From Candidatus Latescibacterota bacterium (GTDB taxonomy: Bacteria > Latescibacterota > UBA2968 > GCA-2709665), in contig OZ252100.1 in assembly GCA_965248435.1 (NCBI GenBank), forward strand, positions 1,792,001 to 1,856,000: a DNA stretch of 64,000 bases, written 5' to 3'. The position numbers were made by a program, and so were the translations under genes. Each line of letters opens with the position of its first letter. Position 1 is the stretch's first letter. The notes beneath the pieces were generated by a model, which was not told where the DNA came from, did no database searches, and saw only the letters and a program-made list of their open reading frames with translations. Shown here one piece after another: positions 1 through 8,867 of this stretch.

Positions 1-361
1 TCCCCCTAAACCGGAGGGTGCCGTCTGTATCAAACGCCGTCACGCGAAACCGCCGCTTCCCGGCGGCGATGTCGATGACCTCCCCTACGGCCAGGTTCCC
101 CCCCGGGATCGGAAAGTTCAGATCTCGCTCGATCGGCTGAATCTGCCCGGTATCCGCCTCTGTCACCCTCACCTGCAAGCGCTGAATCAACCCGCGCGAG
201 AATGAGGGTACACGCACGGAGATGAGCGCATTTCCGGCTTCGGACTGAAAAGCTGGTGCGAGGACCTTGAACGGCTTGCTGTCACATCCGATACCGGAGT
301 AGAACAGAATGACCCAGGTAAGGGAGAGTAGAAAAAGGAATCGGATTGGAGTCTTTGACAT
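1..361 (-). CDS. Putative lipoprotein, runs off the left window edge (partial)
   Basis: Hand translation from ATG at 361: MSKTPIRFLFLLSLTWVILFYSGIGCDSKPF... Basic N-terminus, hydrophobic stretch and lipobox-like GIGC; open to position 1. Not in the ORF track because it has no stop. Confidence 0.7.
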   Translation of the reverse strand, partial: MSKTPIRFLFLLSLTWVILFYSGIGCDSKPFKVLAPAFQSEAGNALISVRVPSFSRGLIQRLQVRVTEADTGQIQPIERDLNFPIPGGNLAVGEVIDIAAGKRRFRVTAFDTDGTLRFRG

Positions 362-403
362 TTGTCGATGTTGTGGGAGTATAGGCAGTATTGCCGACTT
401 GCG

Positions 404-2554
404 TCAACCCTCGTGCTGCGCCTTCAGTCTTTCCAGCCGCCTCGAGAGTGATTCTATACGATGGGCTTCTCGCCCGTTCCAAAGTCTGAAAAATGCCTCA
501 TACGAAGAGATCGCGTTGCTCAGATCGCCCCGCTGCTCGAACACCTGCCCCAAATTGAAATAGATCTCCGCCTGACTGGAATCAACGGCGATTGCGTGGG
601 AAAAGGCCTCCACGGCGTCGCTGAAACGACCATCCGAAACGTATGCATTACCTAAAGCGTTCAAAGCCTCGAGATGGTTGGGATCCAGCCTTAGGGCCTT
701 CAGTGCTGAAAGCGTTGCCTGGTCTGCATCTCCCGTAAGCCGATGGAGGACGCTCATGTTTGCGTGGGCGGCAGGCAGATCGGGCCGATAGGTAACGGCC
801 TTCTGAAACGCCGCCAGGGCTGCATCTCGCTCCCCCGCCGACGCCAGGATTGAGCCTATATTGTTGTAAGCAATACCCGACCGAGGGTTCAGCTTCAAGG
901 CCCGGCCGTATGCTTCCAGTGCCGATTCGGTGTCCCCCGTCCCTCGCAGCGCGTCTCCGAGGCCGTTCCACATGCCTGGCGAGTTCGGATGGTAGGCGAG
1001 TCCCTGCTCGAAGTCTGCAAGGGCCTGGCCGTGCATCCCGAGCGCATCGTACGCTCGGCCTCGCATAAAGAAGGCGTCTTCATCAAAGGCTCCCCAGGAA
1101 AGTGCCGACCCGGCCTCCTGGATCGCTTCCGACCACCGGGATTCCGCGAACGCGAGTCGCAGCTGGAGGGCGTGGCGGTCGAACCCGATCTGTCGAGCAT
1201 TCAGCCAGATCCCGGCAACGAGGACGGCAGCCGCACCATAAACGACACCGCGCACCCACGGCCCGCGCTTCTCCCTCACCGGGCTGACCAGGCTGATCCC
1301 TGCCAGACTCAGGTAGAACGGCAGCCACGCTGCCGGAAATTCTCGTGGAAAGCTGAAGAGGCTGTTAATCACAGCTGCCAGGATCGCGCAAATCAGGACC
1401 CCGCCGATCAGCCGTCGCTCGGGCCTCTTGAGCAACGCGATCCCCATGCGCCCCGCAGTGTAGAGGAGAAAGAGATAGAGGCCCAGACCCAACGTTCCCA
1501 TTTCCGCCCAGATCCAGAGAAGGTCGTTGTGCGGCCTGTGAGAAACCGTCCCGGGGTCAATCAGATCGCCCTGGGCAAAGGCCGGATACGCTAGACGCCA
1601 GTTTCCGGCACCTACTCCTATGATCGGCCTGGCAGAAACCATCTCCAGCGTCCTTTTCCACATCGTCAGCCGGCCCCTGTCCCCACCGTCGTGAAACACC
1701 GAAGATACCGCGCCTTGAATAGATTGCTTGTTGTCCCACATCGCCTCCCCCTCTCCCTTCCGGATCTCCGCGGGAAGCGTCCCCAGACCGAGGGTCAGCA
1801 GAATAGCGACGGAGAGGGCAGCCAGTCTTGGTCTCGATGTTAACGTTTTCAATCCGTCCCGAAATTGGCGTCTGCCGTGAATCACGCTCAACACGCCGAC
1901 GCAGATCAACGCAAATCCAATCCCGATCCAGGCCCCTCGAGAGCGTGTTCCGAGCAGGAAGGCGCCTTCAAACCCCAGCGCCGCACCCCAGATAAGGATT
2001 GAGGAGCTTCGCTTACAGTTATACCAAACCCAGAATGTGAGGGGCAGCATCCCCACGAGATAAGCCGCGGCGATATTCCGGTGCCCGAGCGTCGCGCTTG
2101 GCAATCCCGCTGTCGGCACCCACGTCCGTGCCCAGCCAAAATATTGCGCGACCCCGAAAATCGACAGAATGGCCGCCGCCGCACTCGCGGCCGTCAGCAC
2201 CTTTTTGAAACCATTCCGGTCCAGGCCGTTCAGAAGGAACAGAAAAAAGAGGGCGAACCCGGTGTGCGTCGAAATCGCGAGGAGAGAAGCCGTTCGGTTC
2301 ATGGCGCCCGTTGTGGAAATAATCTCGGCCAACAGAAACGCCAGTACGGGCAGGACGAGGGGGGACCATTTCCACGATGTCCCTCTCGCCAGGCTCCATA
2401 CAACCATGCCCGACAGGGCGCACACCTGAAGGCAGAGCAGTTGAGGAAGTAACGCGAACCGGTTGACCCCGTGAAGGTGCGCGATCGGAATCAAGACGAC
2501 CGCGGCGACACCGATCCAGAGAGAGACTCGCGTATGTGGGCTTTGGGCTTCCAT
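404..2554 (-). CDS. O-antigen ligase-like (Wzy_C) membrane protein with C-terminal TPR repeats (paralog 0 of 8)
   Basis: 716 aa with many TM helices. Motifs PSATLGHRN, TRSRGAWIG, DRGRLTMW, GVGAGNW, RPHNDLLWIWAEMG, then TPRs (AYNNIG, ALNALG, IYFNLG). Confidence 0.88.
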   Translation of the reverse strand: MEAQSPHTRVSLWIGVAAVVLIPIAHLHGVNRFALLPQLLCLQVCALSGMVVWSLARGTSWKWSPLVLPVLAFLLAEIISTTGAMNRTASLLAISTHTGFALFFLFLLNGLDRNGFKKVLTAASAAAAILSIFGVAQYFGWARTWVPTAGLPSATLGHRNIAAAYLVGMLPLTFWVWYNCKRSSSILIWGAALGFEGAFLLGTRSRGAWIGIGFALICVGVLSVIHGRRQFRDGLKTLTSRPRLAALSVAILLTLGLGTLPAEIRKGEGEAMWDNKQSIQGAVSSVFHDGGDRGRLTMWKRTLEMVSARPIIGVGAGNWRLAYPAFAQGDLIDPGTVSHRPHNDLLWIWAEMGTLGLGLYLFLLYTAGRMGIALLKRPERRLIGGVLICAILAAVINSLFSFPREFPAAWLPFYLSLAGISLVSPVREKRGPWVRGVVYGAAAVLVAGIWLNARQIGFDRHALQLRLAFAESRWSEAIQEAGSALSWGAFDEDAFFMRGRAYDALGMHGQALADFEQGLAYHPNSPGMWNGLGDALRGTGDTESALEAYGRALKLNPRSGIAYNNIGSILASAGERDAALAAFQKAVTYRPDLPAAHANMSVLHRLTGDADQATLSALKALRLDPNHLEALNALGNAYVSDGRFSDAVEAFSHAIAVDSSQAEIYFNLGQVFEQRGDLSNAISSYEAFFRLWNGREAHRIESLSRRLERLKAQHEG

Positions 2555-3949
2555 TTATCCGGGCATCCAGCCAAAGGTCTGAGCCATTTCCTCAAACAGA
2601 CCACCTACCATCTGATTGATCGCCTCCTCCCACACCTGCTCCCGCTCGATCACATTGAGGTAACTCGTCCGGTCATCACTCGAAGTCGGGAAAAGCCTTA
2701 GCCCGCGGCTCTGCCTTCCCGTACCGGTCACCTGGGCGGACAACATCCGCTCTTCATCTCGCCGGTCTATCACCCGCACGTCGGCCTGCATCAGGGTGCG
2801 CGTCTCGGGAATTCCGATCAACAGCGGCACATTGGGCCGTGCGGATCGATTCGCCTCGTAACGCAGAACCCGTCCCGTGATCACGACGTCTACGTTGCTT
2901 ACCTGAGCCAGACGCATCGCCGCATCCGGGTCCAGAAATTCGGTCCCCTTGCCGATGTCTACGACCCGAACGTGCCCATAGCCTCCCAGGACCGTTCGAA
3001 TCCGATCGGCCACCATGTCCCCTGCCCCCTGTTGCTCAAAACCTGAGAAATTAACGACGGCCACGCGCACAGTAGTTTCCCTGTCCCGATCTACGGAGAT
3101 CCTCCTTACACGTCCTCCGAAGAATTTCTTCGCCTTTCCACCCAGCGTGGTATGGATCCGAAACCCGGCCATTCCCGAAAGGTTGGGGAGATCCTTACTG
3201 ATCCCCTTTTCCACGCCGACCTCCAGGCGGATGCCCCACAGGTTCATCTGACCGCCGAAGGCGGCCCGTTCAGTTCGGCCTCCGGCCGTTCTCGGTTCGT
3301 TCCAGTATTCGGCCGTCATCGTAAAGATCTGGCCGCGTCCCACCTCCACACCACCGCCGTAGATCAGGCCGGTCTGCCGCATTCCGGACGAAATCAGATA
3401 GCCCGCGTTCAATCGAAATCCCACGGCCTCCTTGTTGATGTCGAACAGCAACCGGGATGCGATTTCTCTGGAATCTCTGCGGTAGGGCCTTACGTTCAGC
3501 GCCTCACGACCGCCATAGCCGTAAGGGTGTGTGGCCATTAGACTCAATCCATAGTAAACGGAGGAAGGAAACCGGGCCGGAAATCCGAATTTCATTGCAG
3601 TCGTGATGTCCCCGGTCCCGTATTTCGTCAATCCCCCTGCAATGTCCAGTAACAGCGGGAAGCTCACCGAGATGTCTACCCCGTTCGCCAGGCCGTAGCC
3701 GAGTCCGAGGTGGCCCGTCAGGGAGGTCCCGTCACCCACTTTTGAAACATCGATCCGGTAGGCCTCATTCAGATAGCGCAGGTTGAAACCTCCCTTCCCC
3801 AGGGGCTCCGCTGAATCGATACGGAACAGCCCTTCTGCCATCGGCACGGGGAACGGAGGAGCGACATTGGCGGCCAGTACACTCTGCGCCCTCGCCTGCC
3901 CCGCCTGGAATAGACACAGGACCGTTATCATCAGGGAAAGCTGTCTCAT
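2555..3949 (-). CDS. Exported protein: putative outer-membrane beta-barrel N-domain plus CsgG/TolB_N-like alpha/beta C-domain
   Basis: Signal peptide ARA|QS. Alternating amphipathic strands (GLGYGLANGVDISVSF, GFRLNAGY, GGGVEVG). C-terminal RVAVVNFS...DVVITGRVLRY...ADVRVID pattern resembles CsgG-like domains. Confidence 0.5.
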   Translation of the reverse strand: MRQLSLMITVLCLFQAGQARAQSVLAANVAPPFPVPMAEGLFRIDSAEPLGKGGFNLRYLNEAYRIDVSKVGDGTSLTGHLGLGYGLANGVDISVSFPLLLDIAGGLTKYGTGDITTAMKFGFPARFPSSVYYGLSLMATHPYGYGGREALNVRPYRRDSREIASRLLFDINKEAVGFRLNAGYLISSGMRQTGLIYGGGVEVGRGQIFTMTAEYWNEPRTAGGRTERAAFGGQMNLWGIRLEVGVEKGISKDLPNLSGMAGFRIHTTLGGKAKKFFGGRVRRISVDRDRETTVRVAVVNFSGFEQQGAGDMVADRIRTVLGGYGHVRVVDIGKGTEFLDPDAAMRLAQVSNVDVVITGRVLRYEANRSARPNVPLLIGIPETRTLMQADVRVIDRRDEERMLSAQVTGTGRQSRGLRLFPTSSDDRTSYLNVIEREQVWEEAINQMVGGLFEEMAQTFGWMPG

Positions 3950-4608
3950 GGCGCCTGTAACTCCTCTATCTTTCGAATCAGGTCTGGAGGGGTGAGTTGA
4001 TTCTGCAGGTAAGACGCTTCATATCCATCATCCAGCAGGTTCAGATGATGCAGGACATTGTCTGGATCGGGTGAGTCCGGCGTGGCCACGAACCGGCCCA
4101 GGAAGAAGAGGGCCTCAGCCACCGTCAAGTGGACATCCCGAAAATCGATATTGTCGTGAGAGGAGAAATAGACGGGATCCAGTGAAAGCGCCTGGTTGCC
4201 CGATATCCGGGCATCCTCATAATTGCCAAGAGCCAGCTCGAGACCGGACAGACCGACATACGCATCCGCGTTTCGCGGGTCTGCCCTCGTCGCCGTTAAG
4301 AAATTTTCCCTTGCGCTCTGCAGCAGTTTGTTCCTGAGTTGGCTGTCCACCTCCTGCCCGGCCTTGAGAAAGTTCAGCCACCCCAGGCCGTTGAAGGCCT
4401 CCGAAAAACTCGGGTCAAGGCTCAAGGCATTGTTGAACAGCTCCTCGGCCTTGTCAAGCTCGGTGTCTTTGTAAGACTCCCATCCCTCGAAGGTCAGCGT
4501 CTCTGCAGAACCGAATGTGCCGCCCTTTCCCGTGCCTCCCCCGCACGCGGTCAGAAACGCAGCGAAGGACGCGAGCAGAATGACAAGAATTCTATTTGAC
4601 TTGATCAT
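3946..4608 (-). CDS. TPR-repeat lipoprotein
   Basis: Start reassigned to ATG 4608 (MIKSNRILVILLASFAAFLTACGGG, lipobox LTAC). TPRs: ALSLDPSFSEAFNGLG, ADPRNADAYVGL. Confidence 0.8.
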   Translation of the reverse strand: MIKSNRILVILLASFAAFLTACGGGTGKGGTFGSAETLTFEGWESYKDTELDKAEELFNNALSLDPSFSEAFNGLGWLNFLKAGQEVDSQLRNKLLQSARENFLTATRADPRNADAYVGLSGLELALGNYEDARISGNQALSLDPVYFSSHDNIDFRDVHLTVAEALFFLGRFVATPDSPDPDNVLHHLNLLDDGYEASYLQNQLTPPDLIRKIEELQAP

Positions 4609-4625
4609 AGGGCAACTCTTTTGGG

Positions 4626-7600
4626 CTACTTCAGAAGCAGCATCTTCATCGTCATTACCGCGCCCTCTGTCTCCAGGCGATAGAAGTAGATCCCGCCGGC
4701 AACCGAGCGCTGGACCGCGTCCCTGGCATCCCACGATATCGCGTATTGTCCTGGTTTCATGGGCTCTGAAAGCAGTCTCCGGACTTCCTGTCCCAGCATA
4801 TTGTAGACAGTCAGACGGACCATCGTCCGCTCCGGAATCTCAAACCCGATCGTGGTCGCAGGATTGAAGGGATTCGGAAAGTTCTGATGCAGGGCATATT
4901 CGGACGGAATCGGAATCAGATGTGTCAGGTCGATCTCTCGCTCCATCACTGCAGCATTGCCCGCAAGATCTGTCAGTTCGAGACGCAGGACGCGATCTCC
5001 CGGGTCGAACGTCTCGTCTGGCGCCCACACCACCGTGCCCTCCTCCGCCCCGTAGCTCGCCTCCACCTGTCTTCCGTCAACCGTCAGATGGATCGATCTA
5101 GAATCGATCCCACTCCCGGTCTCCTCCACCGGAATGGCCAACACACCTCGGCTCGCAATCACCTCCGGCTCGGCAGGGATGGGCGAAACCTCGTCAAGAA
5201 ACAGGCCGTATCGGCCGAACGCCGGGAAGGTTCCCGTCGTCCCCTTCCCGACGAAACGCCACTGCCCGAAATCCTCGTCCCAATGATAAACCCCCAGGTG
5301 ATCTCGCCCGGCGAGAGCTGAGTTGAAGCGAATTTCACCCTCGCCCCGGATGTCACCCTCCGTTGCGTGAACCCAGTAGACTTCGGAGGCCGGCTGTAGT
5401 GCGCCGTGAACGACCTCTACTCCGGGGCTTCTGCTGTCTGTTCGCCTCCGCTGCGGAATGATGGCGATAATCGAAGGTTTGGCTAGCGCCCCGGACGGCA
5501 GGGCGACGGTCAAACTCCGATTGGAGATCACAAACCCCGACTGAATTCCCGCTTCCTGGATCTCGAGTCGAACGGTGTCTGTGAGTGCAATACGCGTGGT
5601 CTCTGTGATGCCGGTGGCCGAAATCTCCACGCTTCCGATCACGTCATCTCCGAGCACGACGTCCCCGACCCACATCCCTTCCACGCCTGCAACCTCATTC
5701 ACGGTGACGGGCGCCGGTTTCGTATCCGGATCGTCACCGACCTGCACAACCAAAAAGGGATCGCTCAGCAGCTCCCTCCTGGAGATCACAAACACGTCCA
5801 AGAAGTTTTTGCGCACGGGGTTCGCGACCAGTGAGATTTCCAACAGGCCTCCGGGCGCAGCACCGGATCCCCCAACGACCTGAACGGGTGAGGCGAGCGT
5901 AACACGCTCGTCGCCCGTCACCCGGTCCTGGACCTGGACCTGAAAAACGATGGCCCCGGCGTTGCCGAAGAAGCCCGCGATGGGGCGCAAGATGGCATTC
6001 TGCTGGTCGATTTCCACACCCACGTTTTGATTCCCGTTCGAAGACCAGTCCAGATTTTGAGAATTCCCTGAGATCAAGAAAGAATTAAGGTCGATCGTCG
6101 TGTCCTGATCCGCCGTCAGCGTGATCGCGATCTGATCCACCACCTGGAGCGTACCCGCGCCACCCTGCGGTACCACAAAGACCCTCAGGCTATCCGTGTC
6201 GCTTCTGCCGCTTACCGTATCCGTCGCAGTGATCTCGACAAACGTGTTGCCCTCCTGAAGACCGACCAGGACGACTTCCCGCGTCGTCGGGAAGGCGAAA
6301 ACGACCGTCGGGTCCACCGAGTTCGCATCCCAGCGCACGCTGTTGGGATCGCCCACCTGGATGAATTGGACGAGGTCTATCGTATCCCGCCCTCCCTGCT
6401 CCACGGTTACGGAACCACCTGTATCGAGCAGAACACTGCCCGGGTTCAACACGATCACACGCATCGTGTCGTTTGCGGCATTACCAGCAGGGTCTGCAAC
6501 TGTAAAGACGATCTCCTCCACGCCATTGCCAACCGCGGGCGCGGTGAAGACAGTACTGTGAGTTGAGGTGTTGATACTGACCGACACACCGACCTGACCC
6601 GAGGCCGTCCAGGTCATATCAGAATCGGTGTTGTTGGCGTCGAAGTAATAGTCGTCGAGGTCGAGCGTGCTCGTCGTGTTCGCCAGGATGATCAGATCGG
6701 GAAGTCCGCCGGCAACCGGGATTCCAGTAACGGGCGAGGCGGAGTAAATTCTCACGGAAAGGGTATCGAACAGGGCGGTCGGGTCCGTCACGGTCAGGGT
6801 TGTCTGCCGGAAACCTACAGAATCGGGTGCAGAACCGACCTGTAGTTGACGATTGGTGAGCGCGCTGCCGATGAGCTGGACCAAAGAAACCGGCGTTGCG
6901 GACCAGTTGAGCAACTGCTTGGGCGTGTCCAGGTCATTCACGAGCGTGTCCAGCGCAACGGTTGAGACACCTGCCCCGGCGCTAACGCCTATCTTCAGAC
7001 CCTGACTTCCGTACGGTTCGATCACCTCGGGGGCCTGGGGCTCCTCCAGGGGCATCACGCTGACTCTAATCGACTGCACATCCGTCCCTCCAGATGGGTC
7101 TCGCGCCACGACGTCCACCATTCGGGTACCCATAAATGGCGGCACCGCCGTGATCGAAATCCGCCTGTTGTCCGGGCTCACGTCAAACGCAATGCTGTCC
7201 GCACCAGAGAAGGAAAACTGGAGAGCCTCGAACAGGTCATCCACATCGCGAACGAAGTCAGGCAGGTCCAGGGTCTCCTGGCCCAGGATTCCGATTTCGA
7301 TGTCGGGAAACGCCTGGATGTACTCCGGAGGATCGTTCACGGAAGTAACGATGACCACCACCTGCACCGTATCCGTCAACGTGAACCGATCTTCCACGAC
7401 AAACACCCTGGTTTCCGTCCCAAAGTAGTTGGGTTCTGCAGTAAAGGTCACGCGCTGGTTTTGATCGATGAAGGCGAACGTCTTCGTATCGGAGTCAGGC
7501 GAAGAAAACGTCAGGACTTCCCCCGGATCCGGATCGATGGCGACGAGCACTAGGCTCGAATCCCGTCCATCTTCCAGAAACTGAATCGTATCGGGAATGG

Positions 7601-8525
7601 CCGCTTCATCGAAAAGAGGCGGCGTATCCACGATCACGCGGATCGAGTCCGTCACGTCCTCCCCGAACTGTGTCGAGGCCGTAAAGCGGACACCCGCGAT
7701 CCCGATGAAACTCTGAGAGTTTACGGTCACAACGTGCGTGATGTTGTCGATGGAGACCGATATGCTGTCGGGATCCGGTATGGAGGCCTGCCAGGAGATA
7801 TCGGCGTCCGGCGTGCTCGGATCCTCGATGAACTCGTCCAGGTCCAGCGAGGTATCGATCTGTCCGGGGAGCAGAAACAGGTCTGGAAGCTGAACGTCCA
7901 GGTCAAGACCCTGCACGGTCACCTTCATCGTGGTGATGCGCCGAAAATTGTAGACGCTGCCGGGATCGCTCGAGATAAAGTAGCCCGTCTCCCCGCCCGT
8001 GGGAGATCTCACGTTGACCACGAGTGAAGTCACTCCGTTGGGCGGTTTTCGGATCACGCGAAGAGAAAACCTTGCAGCCACCCCGTCACCCCCAGCCACC
8101 CGCTGGGGGGCACCCTGGAACCTCGGGATCAGCTCGGAGTAGTTCAACTGGAACAACGGTATCTGATTGACCTGGCTGTTGCCGATCTGGTCGCCCAGGG
8201 TGTCGTTGCTGAAGACCTGTCCCGCAAGCCAACCCCCGGAGGTGAAGGGGCGAATGGTCCCTCCCTGCTGGCCGACCGGGATGATCTCCAGGTAGGTGTC
8301 GTCAAAGGACAATATGACGGAGACCTGAGTCACGGCCTCACCCTGGCCTTCCACGAAGGCCTCCACGGTCAGGACCTGTCCAACCTCAACGGTCGGTTCC
8401 GTCGTCTTTGTCGTCTGCTGCCTGACCAGGAGATTCGCCTTCCCGGCCTTACCGGCCAGGACCGGACCCGCCAAGCCCAGAACTGCACATAGGCTTATCA
8501 ATAGCGTAGCAAGCGCGGATTTCAC
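4626..8525 (-). CDS. Large secreted protein: N-terminal cohesin-like domain, tandem cadherin/Ig-like repeats, FlgD/T9SS-like C-terminal domain
   Basis: Likely GTG start at 8525 (VKSALATLLISLCAVLGLAGPVLA signal peptide); the ORF-track ATG at 8648 overlaps a sigma54 promoter. Cohesin-like VEVGQVLTVE...LSFDDTYLE...GDGVAARFSLR. Repeats such as LDLDEFIEDP, VTSVNDPP, LDLDDYYFD. C-terminal ALHQNFPNPFNP...GGIYFYRL...KMLLLK. Confidence 0.85.
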   Translation of the reverse strand: MKSALATLLISLCAVLGLAGPVLAGKAGKANLLVRQQTTKTTEPTVEVGQVLTVEAFVEGQGEAVTQVSVILSFDDTYLEIIPVGQQGGTIRPFTSGGWLAGQVFSNDTLGDQIGNSQVNQIPLFQLNYSELIPRFQGAPQRVAGGDGVAARFSLRVIRKPPNGVTSLVVNVRSPTGGETGYFISSDPGSVYNFRRITTMKVTVQGLDLDVQLPDLFLLPGQIDTSLDLDEFIEDPSTPDADISWQASIPDPDSISVSIDNITHVVTVNSQSFIGIAGVRFTASTQFGEDVTDSIRVIVDTPPLFDEAAIPDTIQFLEDGRDSSLVLVAIDPDPGEVLTFSSPDSDTKTFAFIDQNQRVTFTAEPNYFGTETRVFVVEDRFTLTDTVQVVVIVTSVNDPPEYIQAFPDIEIGILGQETLDLPDFVRDVDDLFEALQFSFSGADSIAFDVSPDNRRISITAVPPFMGTRMVDVVARDPSGGTDVQSIRVSVMPLEEPQAPEVIEPYGSQGLKIGVSAGAGVSTVALDTLVNDLDTPKQLLNWSATPVSLVQLIGSALTNRQLQVGSAPDSVGFRQTTLTVTDPTALFDTLSVRIYSASPVTGIPVAGGLPDLIILANTTSTLDLDDYYFDANNTDSDMTWTASGQVGVSVSINTSTHSTVFTAPAVGNGVEEIVFTVADPAGNAANDTMRVIVLNPGSVLLDTGGSVTVEQGGRDTIDLVQFIQVGDPNSVRWDANSVDPTVVFAFPTTREVVLVGLQEGNTFVEITATDTVSGRSDTDSLRVFVVPQGGAGTLQVVDQIAITLTADQDTTIDLNSFLISGNSQNLDWSSNGNQNVGVEIDQQNAILRPIAGFFGNAGAIVFQVQVQDRVTGDERVTLASPVQVVGGSGAAPGGLLEISLVANPVRKNFLDVFVISRRELLSDPFLVVQVGDDPDTKPAPVTVNEVAGVEGMWVGDVVLGDDVIGSVEISATGITETTRIALTDTVRLEIQEAGIQSGFVISNRSLTVALPSGALAKPSIIAIIPQRRRTDSRSPGVEVVHGALQPASEVYWVHATEGDIRGEGEIRFNSALAGRDHLGVYHWDEDFGQWRFVGKGTTGTFPAFGRYGLFLDEVSPIPAEPEVIASRGVLAIPVEETGSGIDSRSIHLTVDGRQVEASYGAEEGTVVWAPDETFDPGDRVLRLELTDLAGNAAVMEREIDLTHLIPIPSEYALHQNFPNPFNPATTIGFEIPERTMVRLTVYNMLGQEVRRLLSEPMKPGQYAISWDARDAVQRSVAGGIYFYRLETEGAVMTMKMLLLK

Positions 8526-8631
8526 AAGCTTGTTTCCGATTTGGAATGGGTGATTCGCGTGTATGCACAAACGGGCGAAACAGAAAATGGAAGATCTTTT
8601 TGACCGGCTATACGAGGTCCCCCCTGGGAAA

Positions 8632-8647
8632 TGCAATTCGCGTGCCA
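8632..8647 (-). promoter_or_regulatory. sigma54 (-24/-12) promoter
   Basis: Minus strand TGGCAC-GCGAA-TTGCA is an exact match to TGGCAC-N5-TTGC, about 105 nt upstream of the GTG at 8525. Confidence 0.75.
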
Positions 8648-8791
8648 TAGACGGCCTGTTCGACGGTGGGAAACGGGAGGAAAAAAATTCAGCATCTGGA
8701 TAAAATATAGAGAACTCAAGGGTTTGGTGCTACCCGTGCCCGGCCGAGGGGTTCCAGGCCGATGGGGTGGGGGATCGGGACGGAGCCAAGG

Positions 8792-8828
8792 AAAAAGGGC
8801 GGGTTGTGGTCCCTCCACAACCCGCCCT
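8792..8828 (-). terminator. Rho-independent terminator after the 1803-aa gene
   Basis: Perfect 14-bp stem AGGGCGGGTTGTGG/CCACAACCCGCCCT with a 5-nt loop, then a T-run on the minus strand. Confidence 0.85.
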
Positions 8829-8867
8829 GTAGACCACCGGGGAGAGGATCTCCCCGGAAGGAACTTC

